Source of the DNA: Octopus bimaculoides
Lineage: Eukaryota
Assembly: GCF_001194135.2 (NCBI RefSeq)
Contig: NC_068982.1
Coordinates: 44,553,647-44,595,363, forward strand
Direction of reading: 5' to 3'
Length of the DNA stretch: 41,717 nucleotides
Positions within the stretch are counted from its first letter, which is position 1, and every line of letters starts with the position of its first letter. Below, piece by piece: positions 1-10,260 of the stretch. The notes under the pieces were generated by a model. That model worked only from the letters and a program-made list of their open reading frames with translations, did no database searches and was not told the origin of the DNA. Position numbers and translations under genes: made by a program.

Positions 1-35
1 TATATATATATATATATATATATATTTCATTGGAC

Positions 36-100
36 ATTGTACTTCGTTTCCGGCTTGCACAAGCGTATAAATGTATACATACATTTGTCGCCGTCTTCAG
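36..100 (-). ncRNA. Hammerhead-ribozyme-like core (degenerate, probably Penelope-derived)
   Basis: Minus strand reads CTGAAGA-CGGC-(35 nt)-GCCG-GAAAC-gaagtacaat-GTC: CUGANGA box, 4-bp stem II, GAAA box, possible GUC triplet. Stem I pairs for only 2 bp. Confidence 0.4.
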
Positions 101-441
101 CAGACACAAAGAGAAAGGTGTTAGAAAATACTTGTATGATACACTCAAGTAGGTTTTGCAAACAGGAACCGAAGCATGTCCTATATGGCCGAAAAGCCAT
201 GAATTTTGAATAACTATCTTTTTATTTTCTTTCACTTTGTTTTTTCGTGTAAAACACTACCTCAAAGAGTTCCACTATTTAACATTGAAAATTAGTCAGA
301 GAGCTATTACAATAATAATAGAAATATTCTTTAAAAACAGTAAAAATATTCACTTCAAGTGGTCTATGGACTTGAACATGACATAGAATGAAGAAAAATT
401 TATATATGATATACTGAGGTGTCTATCTAACATTTGTTATA

Positions 442-1332
442 TTGGGTCATTCCATTAATAATGCGGTTATTTTTTCAAATGCATGAACTAAAAGTCGGGG
501 CGGGGATAAACCATCTGCATCAAATTGCTATACAATCAGCTTTGTACTTATTCTTAGTGCAAGTTTTGAAGAGTGCAGTTAGATATTAGCAGTTGTTATA
601 ATGGAAGTGACAAAGGAGCGTATTCGGCATAATTTGCTTTATGAGTTTAATAAAGGCAACAACTCAACGGAAAGTGCGAGGAATATTAATGAGGAATATG
701 AGGATCGGACAACCAGCGTAAGCCAGTGTCAACGGTGGTTCCAGAAATTCCGAGTCGGAAACTACAGCCTAGAAGACGAGAACGTCCTGGAAGGGCTCGA
801 CGAGAACGTCCTTCAAACCCTGGTGGAGCAAAATCCCATCGTAACTGTTGAGGAACTGGCAGAGAAGCTTAGATTTGGTCATTCAACCATTCATCGACAC
901 TTGCACTAGCAGAAAAACGACCATCTTCAGTTTCAAGACGAAAGGTGTTCTTCCATCAGGATAATGCTCGGCCACATACAGCGAGGATGATATTCCAAAG
1001 GCTGGAGCAGTTTGAATGGAAAACGATGCCCTACCCACCATATTCGCCGGACATTGCCCCGTCTGATTATCATTTATTCCGCAGTCTTCAAAATCATTTG
1101 GACAGAAAAAATACGAATTCTGTAGATGAGGTCAGAACAGTACTGGAGGAGTATTTTTCGTCGCGGAAAATTGAATTTTGGAAGAGAGACCTTGCAAGTT
1201 TACCCGATAGATGAAAGAGCATCGTAGAAAATGATGGAGAGTATATTTTAAATTAAAAATGAACTATGTTCATCTTAATTTTCAAAAATAAAAGAAGTAT
1301 AAAAAAACTGCATTACTTATGGGATGACTCAA
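442..1332 (+). mobile_element. mariner (D34D) DNA transposon, internally deleted, both TIRs present
   Basis: Left TIR TTGGGTCATTCCATTAATAATGCGGTT (from 442) matches the reverse complement of the right end (...ACTGCATTACTTATGGGATGACTCAA, to 1332). TA on both flanks (440-441, 1333-1334). 891 bp versus about 1.3 kb typical. Confidence 0.95.
601..1256 (+). pseudogene. mariner transposase pseudogene (HTH N-terminus joined to C-terminal catalytic half)
   Basis: 601-909 RIRHNLLYEFNKG...CQRWFQKFR (paired-like HTH). From ~905 in another frame ALAEKRP...HQDNARPH...YSPDIAPSDY, with exactly 34 aa between the two Asp. WVPHEL and the first catalytic Asp are missing; in-frame TGA at 1212. Confidence 0.9.
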
Positions 1333-1348
1333 TATATAATATATATAC

Positions 1349-1432
1349 ATATGTATATGTATATAAATATATAGATATATGTATATGTATATAAATATAT
1401 AGATATATGTATATGTATATAAATATATAGAT
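1349..1432. repeat. 28-bp minisatellite x3
   Basis: ATATGTATATGTATATAAATATATAGAT repeated exactly at 1349, 1377 and 1405. Confidence 0.9.
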
Positions 1433-1659
1433 ATATATGCGCATACACAGACACATAAATTGAAGCATGAGAGAGCGCGCGCGACACGTGTGTGTATGCA
1501 TGTGTGTTCATTTGAAGCTAATGAGATCAACCATCAATACTTAGAGTGACTTGTCTGTGTTCATTTGACGACAAATAGATGCACTCAAGTGAGAAACTCA
1601 GTGAGGTTACGGTGTGAACGATCATCTTAGAACTAAAAACGCCATGTCATCTTAGAGTA

Positions 1660-1830
1660 ATAGGAAAAGATCTGGTTAAAATGCTCAGGTTTTGATTCGG
1701 TCCAAGTCTGCAGCTACAATAAATGGTATGAAGAGGTTGTAAATAGGATGGCCAATATCACAGAAATGATTCCAAAAGGAATCTGTCTTTCAATGGTTGT
1801 GTAGAAGTGGCTGACACGTACATCGCATGG
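1660..1830 (+). mobile_element. Tx1/L1-clade LINE ORF2 fragment (post-RT region)
   Basis: Frameshifted translation VKMLRF*FGPSLQL...RNLSFNGCVEVADTYIA resembles the Tx1/L1 motif MLGVWFG...R.LSL.GRA.VAN.YIA (recognition from memory). Confidence 0.55.
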
Positions 1831-1839
1831 TTAAAGTAA

Positions 1840-2095
1840 TACCACTCGTCCATATTTACTACTTGGAATTTATTCCCTATTGTCAATTTTGAACACACCA
1901 CCAATCGTAGTTTTCGGAAACATTCTTTTTTCAACTGTTCTTTCATTCTTTCTCCATGACTTCATTGAATTCTATTATGTCAAGTTATTTATACCCCTCC
2001 TTTTCAATTTGTTTTATTACTTCCCTATTTGTAATTCTATCCCTGCCAGGGACTGTACCTTGCCTCTTTTCAGACTCATTACATCACACTGCTAG
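1840..2095 (-). mobile_element. R4/Dong-clade LINE, C-terminal part of RT
   Basis: Minus translation with frameshifts: SLKRGKV...IKQIEKEGYK*LDIIEFNEVMEKEMKEQLKKECFRKLRLVVCSKLTIGNKFQVVN, matching the R4-clade KRGK...YKYLG...EY.RRLR..L.SKL...NK..AIN pattern. Confidence 0.75.
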
Positions 2096-2187
2096 AGTCT
2101 GAATTTCATATTAACATCGGCACTAAAACAATGGACAGTAGTTTTCACCAAGGAACTCACTTGGACTTCAATCTTGCCATACAGCTA

Positions 2188-2258
2188 AAACAGCGAACTG
2201 GTAAAATCGTTAGCTCGCCAGGAAAAGTGTTTAACAGCATTTCGTCCGTCTTTAAGTT
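2188..2258 (+). mobile_element. tRNA-derived SINE family B, 5' fragment
   Basis: GCGAACTGGTAAAATCGTTAGC...CATTTCGTCCGTCTTT aligns to the heads at 14483 and 16414. Confidence 0.7.
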
Positions 2259-2592
2259 GAGGGTGGAGAGGGAAGTGTTGCCTTGTAGCAAGTTTGTTGA
2301 AAGGTGGGTGAATGTTGGAAGAATGGCCAGTGAGAAAGGACCAATTCTGAACGTGCACCTGTAAACAAAAGAAGGGCTGTTGCCCTGTTGTTCAGGCATC
2401 CGTGACTTTTGTGGGTTTTTTCACGAGGTCCTTAATGCGCCTCCCCTATTGGGAGTTTTAAATTGTTCAATTTTTAATCGTTATATATACTGTTTACTCG
2501 TTGTAAAACCCATTGTATCGTCCTGTTTTTGTCTTTTATGTTGTTGTATGTCTCAATGTAATTTCATGTAAGCCCTTGTGGCCAATAAACGA

Positions 2593-2594
<2 letters not shown>
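2254..2594 (+). mobile_element. Tx1/L1-clade LINE 3' end with 3' UTR
   Basis: KLRVEREVLPCSKFVERWVNVGRMASEKGPILNVHL* is homologous to the C-terminus at ~22940-23030. Followed by a T-rich UTR, AATAAA at 2584 and a (TAA)n tail. Confidence 0.65.

Positions 2595-2663
<69 letters not shown>
2595..2663. repeat. (TAA)n immediately followed by (TTA)n: self-complementary microsatellite
   Basis: Direct reading; the array switches strand near 2629. Confidence 0.95.
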
Positions 2664-2664
<1 letters not shown>

Positions 2665-3042
2665 GCTAGTGCATGATAATTTAGTTAGCAGGGACTTTAT
2701 CATGAGGTGTGGTGACAATAAGTCTTCTTCAAATCTCAAGGATATTCCTTAGAATTCCTTAGAATATGAAATGCCACTTTTCTCTAGGTTGACAATGCGA
2801 GTTTCAGTTCCAGTCTTTTTCTTTCTTTTAGCTAACATTCTGGGTGTTGTGTCAAGTGCACCAATTACTACAGGAACAATTGTTGTTTCAATCTGTCACA
2901 GTCTCTTCATCTCTCTGGCTAGCTCCTGTTATTTCTCAATTATTTCAATTTCTTTAGTATCCGCGCTCTGTTATCATAGGGAATGGCAAAAATCTATGAT
3001 GTTACAGCTTGTTTATTTTGTCTTTTATAATCATATCTGGTC

Positions 3043-3043
<1 letters not shown>
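2664..3043 (-). mobile_element. R4/Dong-clade LINE 3' end (restriction-like endonuclease domain), 5'-truncated
   Basis: Minus translation with stops/frameshifts: RPDMIIKDK...CNIIDFAIPYDNR...KEIEIIEK*QELAREMKRL*QIETTIVPVVIGALD, the REL (PD..D..K) motif set. Flanked on both sides by (TAA)n in element orientation. Confidence 0.85.
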
Positions 3044-3095
<52 letters not shown>

Positions 3096-3151
3096 TATTA
3101 TTATTACCACAACTACTACTACTACTGCTACTACTACTACTGCTGCTGCTG

Positions 3152-3205
<54 letters not shown>

Positions 3206-3207
3206 TT
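3044..3207. repeat. Compound trinucleotide microsatellite (TTA)n-(CTA)n-(CTG)n-(CTA)n
   Basis: Direct reading. Confidence 0.95.
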
Positions 3208-5559
3208 GGCTTTTATATTTGCTTTCATCAGACATGTTTTGCTCGCTCTCGGCATTTTTAGTAATTTACTCTATCTCCTTTGATAGAACGAGTTCCTTTT
3301 TGAAGTATTTACAAACAGAAACTCCAGGGTAGACGAGAATATTTGTTTTTAAAAACATAAATATTTCTTCCGCAGCTTGTTGACATTCATGTACCAAGAT
3401 GGCGTCGACAACAACAACAACCAGCTGGAACGTCTCTAAAACTAATAATGAACTGAACACGATTTCTCAAAAATGAAAAGAAAGAAAATATGAAAATGAA
3501 CATTCAAAAATGTACTAATGCACACATTTCAATGAATAAGATAAAAAAATTAATTATTCTATAGAGACAATTAATACTGACAACCAGAATGTGGACGACA
3601 GTATTAGTAAAAACAACAACAATTTTTGCACATACACACACATCTTAGTCTAATGAAAAATATTCACAAAAGTGTTTCTTGAAGCGATAGTTTTACTTCT
3701 GTTACTAGTTTGACAGAAAAAGAAAAAAATAGATTTAATTGAATTTACACAGACACAATCAATTTAGTAGAATTATGTGGAACTACAGCTACTCTCATCT
3801 GATGAATACATTCAAGATTTATCCAGGAAGAAGGTTATATAGCTATGCCTATTGAAGTATGGTGGGAGCTTCAAGTTATTCCTAAAATAGCAGTTGAAAC
3901 GGGTGTTATGTGCGGATGCAATACTAGCCTTCTAATGACACCAAACCTGCAAGACAGTATTTTGAAACGAGGAAACAGCTAACAGAAAGCTTAAATTATG
4001 GAGCCCACACTTGACGTTTTTCTAGTAAATCAATATTTGGACTATAGAAACAAAAATGTGATGACGAGAGGCATCGGTTGAAACATTGAATTCAGTTTCT
4101 TGTTATGTTTGATAGTACGTTTGTTTGTTCAAAGCTGAGTTATGGCTAGCCTTTTATCTGAATTAACCACTTTCCATCTGAGACTTTTCCTCCCAACTTT
4201 GTGAGCAAGTAATCATTGTAGAAGCGACGATATGAAGGATGAGTCAGAACAGAATTAGAAGTGCTAACGATTCTTGAAAAACAGAGAAACGTATCGGAGC
4301 AGAGGACTGTTGTGAGTACAGAAATTAATGGCAAGACACCGAGAGTGTAAAACCAACGTTGTTAAAGTTGTGATGGCTAGAGCCGCATACGGACCTTCTA
4401 CTCTGGAAAGATGGAGAAGACAAGAAAAGGCGGTGAAGTGTAGCAGACCCTATACTCTAGAACATTATTCACTAGAGTTCCAGATATGACAGAGGTCACC
4501 TAATACCAGGTCCCAAAATTTGGCTGTTAAACACACCTTAACTCTACAATAACTACTTGCGGTAGAAGAGAGGAATGAAAGAAGTATTCAATAACGGCAG
4601 CAACGACAATGTCACGAAGGCAATTGCTCCAGCAGTACCACGATCGCATTACCGATTGAAGCTCGTTCTCAATTTCGGAAGACTTTTAGTGAGGGTACTC
4701 TCCTCCTTCAATCAAAAACACCACAGCATCGCCCTGCGATGATAGGGGCGTATCAGAAGCCGGAGAAGAGAGAGGAAACTGTCGGAATGAATAAAGTGGG
4801 GAGAAAAAGTCTCAGACGAAAAGTGATTAATTCAGGCAAAAGGCTGGCCACAGTTCAGCTCTGAACAATCAAACATACCATCTTTTTTTTTTGCAATAGT
4901 GAATATCTGCTCTTTTCAGACGTATGTAGAACAACATTAATTAATGTCTTCTTTCCGTGTTGAAGATTGCAGCACCTGGTCTGATGTTAATTAGTTGCTA
5001 CTTCTAGCGGCCATGAAGAAAGTCCCTCGATGCTTCCGTAATATTCGAACAAGTCATTCCCTTGAAGACTGAAGCAGAGAAAGGCTCCATATCAATGAAG
5101 GTCGAGCTGAATAATCATTGATATAAAACTATCAACAGCTTGTTTAAGAAGACATAAGATCCGTTGAGGTGCAAGCAAACGAGCATTTAAGTTATGCTCA
5201 GCAGTTACGTAAATAATAGCATCAATTTAAAAATTGTAACAATGCTATCAACAGTTTTACCATTATTTCCTCTATTTACCGTATTACTAAATCAATTGTA
5301 ACTATCTTAACAATCTCGATTTTGAAATCCAACAAATACCCTCTGTTACTTTGTGTATTGTTATTGTCAGCGTATTTGAATGTTTATTTTTCTGATAAGC
5401 TATTCTTTGTTTGTTAGGAGAGAAATTTAGGTACAGTGGTTTCTAGTATGGATGCGTTGATTGCTCGTATACTGTGGAAGCATTTCTAACTTCATAACAG
5501 CCATTTGGCAGTACTGACAACGCTTACATTCATATTCACCAGTCATGTTCTTTCAACTT

Positions 5560-5762
5560 TTATCTTTTACTTGTTTCAGTCTTTGAACTGTGGCCATGCC
5601 GAAGCACCACCTTGAAGGATTTAGTCGAACAACTCAACTCCAATACATGTTTTAATGCCTGGTACTTAATTCTATCAGTGACTTTTGCCGAACCGCTATG
5701 GACGTGGACGTAAACAAACTAAGTGATGGTGGTAGCCAAACACAAATGCACAACCACTCATA

Positions 5763-5826
<64 letters not shown>

Positions 5827-5936
5827 ATTTTGAGAAAAGAACCACAATTCCTGAATTCATCCATGAAAATCCACAGTCACATATAGAAAAATTTGATAAG
5901 TAAATATACTAAAAAGAACTATAATAAAATACAAAG

Positions 5937-5971
<35 letters not shown>

Positions 5972-6136
5972 ACAACGGACTCCCACGCAGTTTTCATCTA
6001 CCAAAATCACTCAAGAGGCATTGATAGGCTCGGGTTTATAGCAGAAGGGAAGATTATTAAGGTACCGTGAAGTGGGAGTGACCCCGAAACCACGAAGTTG
6101 CAAAGCGATCTTCTTTACCACACAGCCATGTCTGCT
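5560..6136 (-). mobile_element. tRNA-derived SINE family A (internal microsatellite type), near full length, with a 114-bp interruption
   Basis: 5560-5760 is the reverse complement of the tail at ~13210-13381; 5970-6136 is the reverse complement of the head at 13023-13180; (CA)n(TA)n between them. Confidence 0.8.
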
Positions 6137-6469
6137 TTGTTATTTCTGGACATCGTCCCTGTGTTCTCATTTGTAATGTTCTACCTGAAAAAGACAAAGA
6201 GCTGTCTGTTGAGCTTGACTGCATGTGCTTCAGAAAAAATTGTTCAATGAAATATGCGAATTATTCAAATGGGAGTGATGTTAAATATGCTTAATCCACT
6301 GTTTCTCAAGCATGTCTTATCACATATTTATCAACGAAGCCGTATTCTTAGAACAAATGAAAACCAAAACTGTTCTCGCGGCATTTACAATGTTGTCAGA
6401 TGTTCACAGTTATCTCTCTTAGCTCTTAGTTGTTCCAGTGCTATCAGCAGAACGTGTGCAATCTACTTT

Positions 6470-6660
6470 TTCTTGATTGCTTGCCTTCCTTCTGGCTCCA
6501 CTCGGGCCAACTCCCAACGCTATCATGTCCTGTTTTTTGGTCTTTCTCTCGATCTCTTTCCTCCTCTCCACGTCCAAACTAGGTGGTACGATAATCTTTG
6601 TACTCTAGAAAGCAGTGAATTTCCAAGTGTGGCCTGCGACACCTGTACAGAAAATCCATG
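6470..6660 (-). mobile_element. Possible RTE-clade LINE 3' ORF fragment
   Basis: Minus translation gives AGHTWK and LVWTWRGGKRSRERPK, reminiscent of RTE AGHCWR...LW.P.HG.R.RGRP. Highly decayed. Confidence 0.35.
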
Positions 6661-7099
6661 AAAACCAAATCATTTTGAATAACAAATCAAGTGCAAAAAG
6701 TTTTTGGGAAATAAATTATTTTATTGCATCATTATGGGAATTTTAAAATTAGCAAAGCAAAACATTTCAATTTAAATATTTATTAAAGTCTATGAATTTT
6801 TGTTTAAATTTTGAACATTATAATTATAATTTTTCACATATACTATCAATTTCGGTTGATGATCCTTTGAACCTGCTGGCTCGGAATTTCACTGCCGTCA
6901 AGGTTTAACAATATCTCACTATACCACCAGCAATCAGCCATCAGTTCCCATCGATTTCCATCGTTATTTTTGCTTGAGTTCTCCTGAAAGATATCGTAAT
7001 TTTCATCAAGTTTGGTTGAAATTTTTAGGAGTTATCGTTACCTGAAAATGAAAGATAAATAGGAGACGCTTGAACATTCTATTTCATTCAGTGCTACTG

Positions 7100-9323
7100 T
7101 TGAATCTGGCTTGAAAGATTACGTGAATGCTCCTGAAAAAAAAATTACTAATTCTAATCACTTGAAATTGGGTGAGGTTGTCAGCAGAAAACACAGATAA
7201 CATGATAAATATTTCCCCTCGGTTTTATAGTCGTTAATGATACACTTTCTCGCGTATTATGGAACAAAGCATTATCAAACAGAACTATGGTTCCAGATAA
7301 TTTGCGATGTCATTTCGAGACCTAATCGTTCAATTTATAACGGAAAATGAGAAAAAACATTTTTAATGTAAGCATGATGGCTTTGATGATAGACAAAAAG
7401 AAAAATATTCCTTAGAACTATTCACACGTATCAAAATGAAAAAAGCCAGAGAAAGCTTCCCACAGAGCGAATTACTGCATTGTGTTTGCTGAGGAAGCCT
7501 ACAGATTAGGTGAAATGCTTGTAAAACGTTTAACAGCAAATGTTTGAATGGTTACAGGATAAAAGTCAGTAAATCCTGACAATTCCACTTTCTAATGATA
7601 CAGTAAAGTGACGCAATAAGGAATATCATCAACCGCATCAATACTGAGTTGGTAACTGATCTTCAAAATTATCCATTTGAATTTGAAATGGAAGAACCTA
7701 CAAGTGTTACGTGACTTGCTGTTTTGCTAGTCTTCATTAGATACCAGTAACAACGAACAATTTAAGATTTGGTCTTTTTCAGTTGTTCGTGGCCGTGCAA
7801 CACAAGCGATGCTGAAATATTCAAATTACTAAATAACTTCTTTGAAGTGAACAGTTTACCACGGCACAACAGCATTGAATGTTTGTACTGACAGTACAAA
7901 TACTGTGTGAGTCTACCGGTGCCCTACAACAGATTAAATCTATGTCTCTAAACTGGTGTATCGTCATTGCATATCTTGATTAGGCAATAAAGGTTACAAA
8001 TTTTGACTTTTTGCCAACATAATGTGGTAGTCCCAAGATGGGACGAATTTTACTGTTATTTAGCCCCAGGAAACATCGTTTCCAGCTGGCTATACGGCAC
8101 AGAAAAAATTCTGTCTTTATACTTTCGAACAGGGGAGAACAGCACCTCCACCCAGTACAACTTCGCACCCACGGACCGGTGTCTTGGTTATTGCTCTTTA
8201 TCACCGTGGTGTAGCTTGGTTGGCTAGATGTCGCTACTGAACTGCTGTCGAAAATAATAGATTTCAAAATGACTGTGTGTTAAAAATTTTACTGAAAAGT
8301 AAACTGTAGAACATGAATTGTGATAATATCCTACACAATGAAATAAGAAATACACAAATCTCTTCTACTACACAACGAAAGACACCAGAGCGATACGAAG
8401 CATTTTTTTCCGTTTCAAAGAACAATTCACAGATAAGAGGTGGTTGCTCATGTTTGGTTATATGGTTGATATTTTTTTCGAAAATGAATGAAGTTAACCT
8501 CTCATTGCAAGGAAAGTATGTAACAGTTTTTGCCACCAAGGATGAAATCAAGCCCATGAAAATTACATTAGAATTTTGGAAAGCTTGCATACAAAACCGT
8601 GAGTTTGACAGCTTTCGTTTTAAAAAGTTTTCCGGCGAATTAGGGACGTGACATTAATGCAAATGATCTCTTTTAATGCTTTTCAATGGAATGCATCAAC
8701 ATTTTGATCTTTATTATTCAGTAAGTAACTACTTTCCAAATGATCAAAGTATCATACTACAAAATAATACTAGGATTAGAGATCCATTCAATGCACAAGA
8801 AAGAGCAGAGAATTTCAATACAGCGGAATATGAAGTTTATTGACGGCGTTTCAGATTTCACTTTAAAAGCTACATTAAAAAAATTACCACTTTCAGAATT
8901 TTGGTATACTATAAAAGATGTATATCCCCAGCTCTCAGGAAAGGCTATTAAAGTACTTCTCGCCTTTCAACTACTTGTTTATGTGAGGAAGGATTTTCGA
9001 GATATACAACAATAAAAAAAACTAATCATCGTAATAGATTAAATGCTTAGGCAGATATGAGAATTCAGCTCTCTGCCATTAAACCAGACTTCAAAGAAAT
9101 TTATTTATAAAAGAAGGAAACTGTGTTCATCCCATCGACTTTGTTTATTTCTCTTTCCTTTTAGAATGTATATATTTTTCAAAATAAATGTAGTTTATGA
9201 AAACTTGTGATGGTGTTCTACTATACTCATCTAAGCAGCTAAAATAACTTTTTAGGGGAGCGCGCATAGATTTTTGAAAACTTTAATGGACCCGTTGCGA
9301 TAAAAGAAGTCTGTGAAATACTA
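7100..9323 (+). mobile_element. hAT (Buster/Charlie, ZBED5-like) transposase relic
   Basis: Ordered motifs across stops/frameshifts: LSNRTMVPDNLRCHFET (BED finger), PLSNDTV (~7585), AVLLVFIRY (~7720), VCTD (~7880), HC (~7965), LHNEIR, KMNEVNLSLQGK, PLSEFWYTIKDVYPQLSGKAIKVLL, CLCEEGFSRY...HRNRLNA*ADMRIQLSAIKPD (dimerisation domain). Decayed 3' end ...GTGAAATACTA at 9323. The 5' TIR was not found. Confidence 0.9.
8030..8225 (-). mobile_element. Non-hAT insertion (retroposon 3'-like fragment) interrupting the hAT transposase
   Basis: Transposase homology stops just after the HC motif (~7990) and resumes ~8230. The insert carries TTTAGCCCCAGG, similar to GTTTAGCCGCAGG at ~27106. Confidence 0.4.
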
Positions 9324-9723
9324 CTATAGAGAATTACTGGTGGGTAAAAGCGATGACGTTTGTCATTCTCAGGGATATTCTAGGAGACAATGAGTATCAT
9401 CTGGATTGTATACTCTAGAGAACATTCAGAGTGACTATGGACAGCTTTAAGAAGTTCCGTGCCTGACAACACTATTGGGCATTTCCAGAGAGAATGTACA
9501 CAGACCAGCGGCGAAATCGTTTTCATTATTCAGGGTCCAAGTATTGGGCAACAGGTGAACAACTGTTTTTATGTATAGAACGGATCCGACTATCAGCCAA
9601 GTCTACAGACAAAGGGGTCAAAAATTTTGGTTTTCTTACTTTTCCATTCTTTATCCTCGTTCCACTTTCTGCATCAACCTTCTTCGCGTTTTTCTTCCCG
9701 TTTTTACTTATATTTTCTGATAG

Positions 9724-9793
9724 AACAGCGTCCTAGCTTTCAAGAAGTTCTGACGGCATGCACCGAGCCTGAAAGATTGCTTGGAGACATGTG
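9724..9793 (+). CDS. Candidate internal coding exon (E)QRPSFQEVLTACTEPERLLGDM(W), gene unknown
   Basis: Long pyrimidine tract ending in TAG at 9721-9723; open 70-nt frame; donor GTG|GTATGT. RPSF.E.L recalls kinase subdomain XI, but no partner exons were found. Confidence 0.3.
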
Positions 9794-10156
9794 GTATGTT
9801 GTAGAAATCTGTGCCAAAATTTGAAATCAATAGCTCTGCTATGTTTTTGAAGTATTCTTTTGCTTCGAAATTATCATTGGCTATTGTTATCAGAAGATTA
9901 ATACGATGAGTAAAATGATAACGAAAAAATTGAGTTTTATGTATTAGCTATACAATAATTTGATATGCTCGAATCTGCTGTGGACGTACGTATTCTCTAT
10001 TCGTCTCCAAACCAGCAGCAGAATAAATTGTATAGATTATAGAACATTAAATAGCATTCATTACTGACTTAATTATCTTGATCCATATCCGTATCGCAAA
10101 TGCTATAAACACTTTCTGTCTCGATGACACTGATAAATCATGCGTGTGTCTGTTTG

Positions 10157-10160
<4 letters not shown>

Positions 10161-10220
<60 letters not shown>

Positions 10221-10260
10221 TGTGCGTGTGCGCGTGTGCGCGTGTGTGTGTGTGTGTGTC
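10161..10260. repeat. (TG)n/(CG) microsatellite
   Basis: Direct reading. Confidence 0.95.

Noticed and set aside
3376-3476. Acceptor TTCTTCCGCAG followed by AAGATGGCG and a 25-aa ORF (MASTTTTTSW...)
   Set aside because: Good Kozak/YY1-like context, but an early stop, no good donor and no supporting exons.
6298-6325. Possible 5' TIR of the hAT element (about 18/28 match to its 3' end)
   Set aside because: No matching 8-bp TSD and about 800 bp of unrelated sequence intervenes.
6860-6990. Minus-strand peptide WELMADCW resembling the kinase LM..CW motif
   Set aside because: Opposite strand to the RPSF candidate exon, and the surrounding frame is not kinase-like; likely chance.
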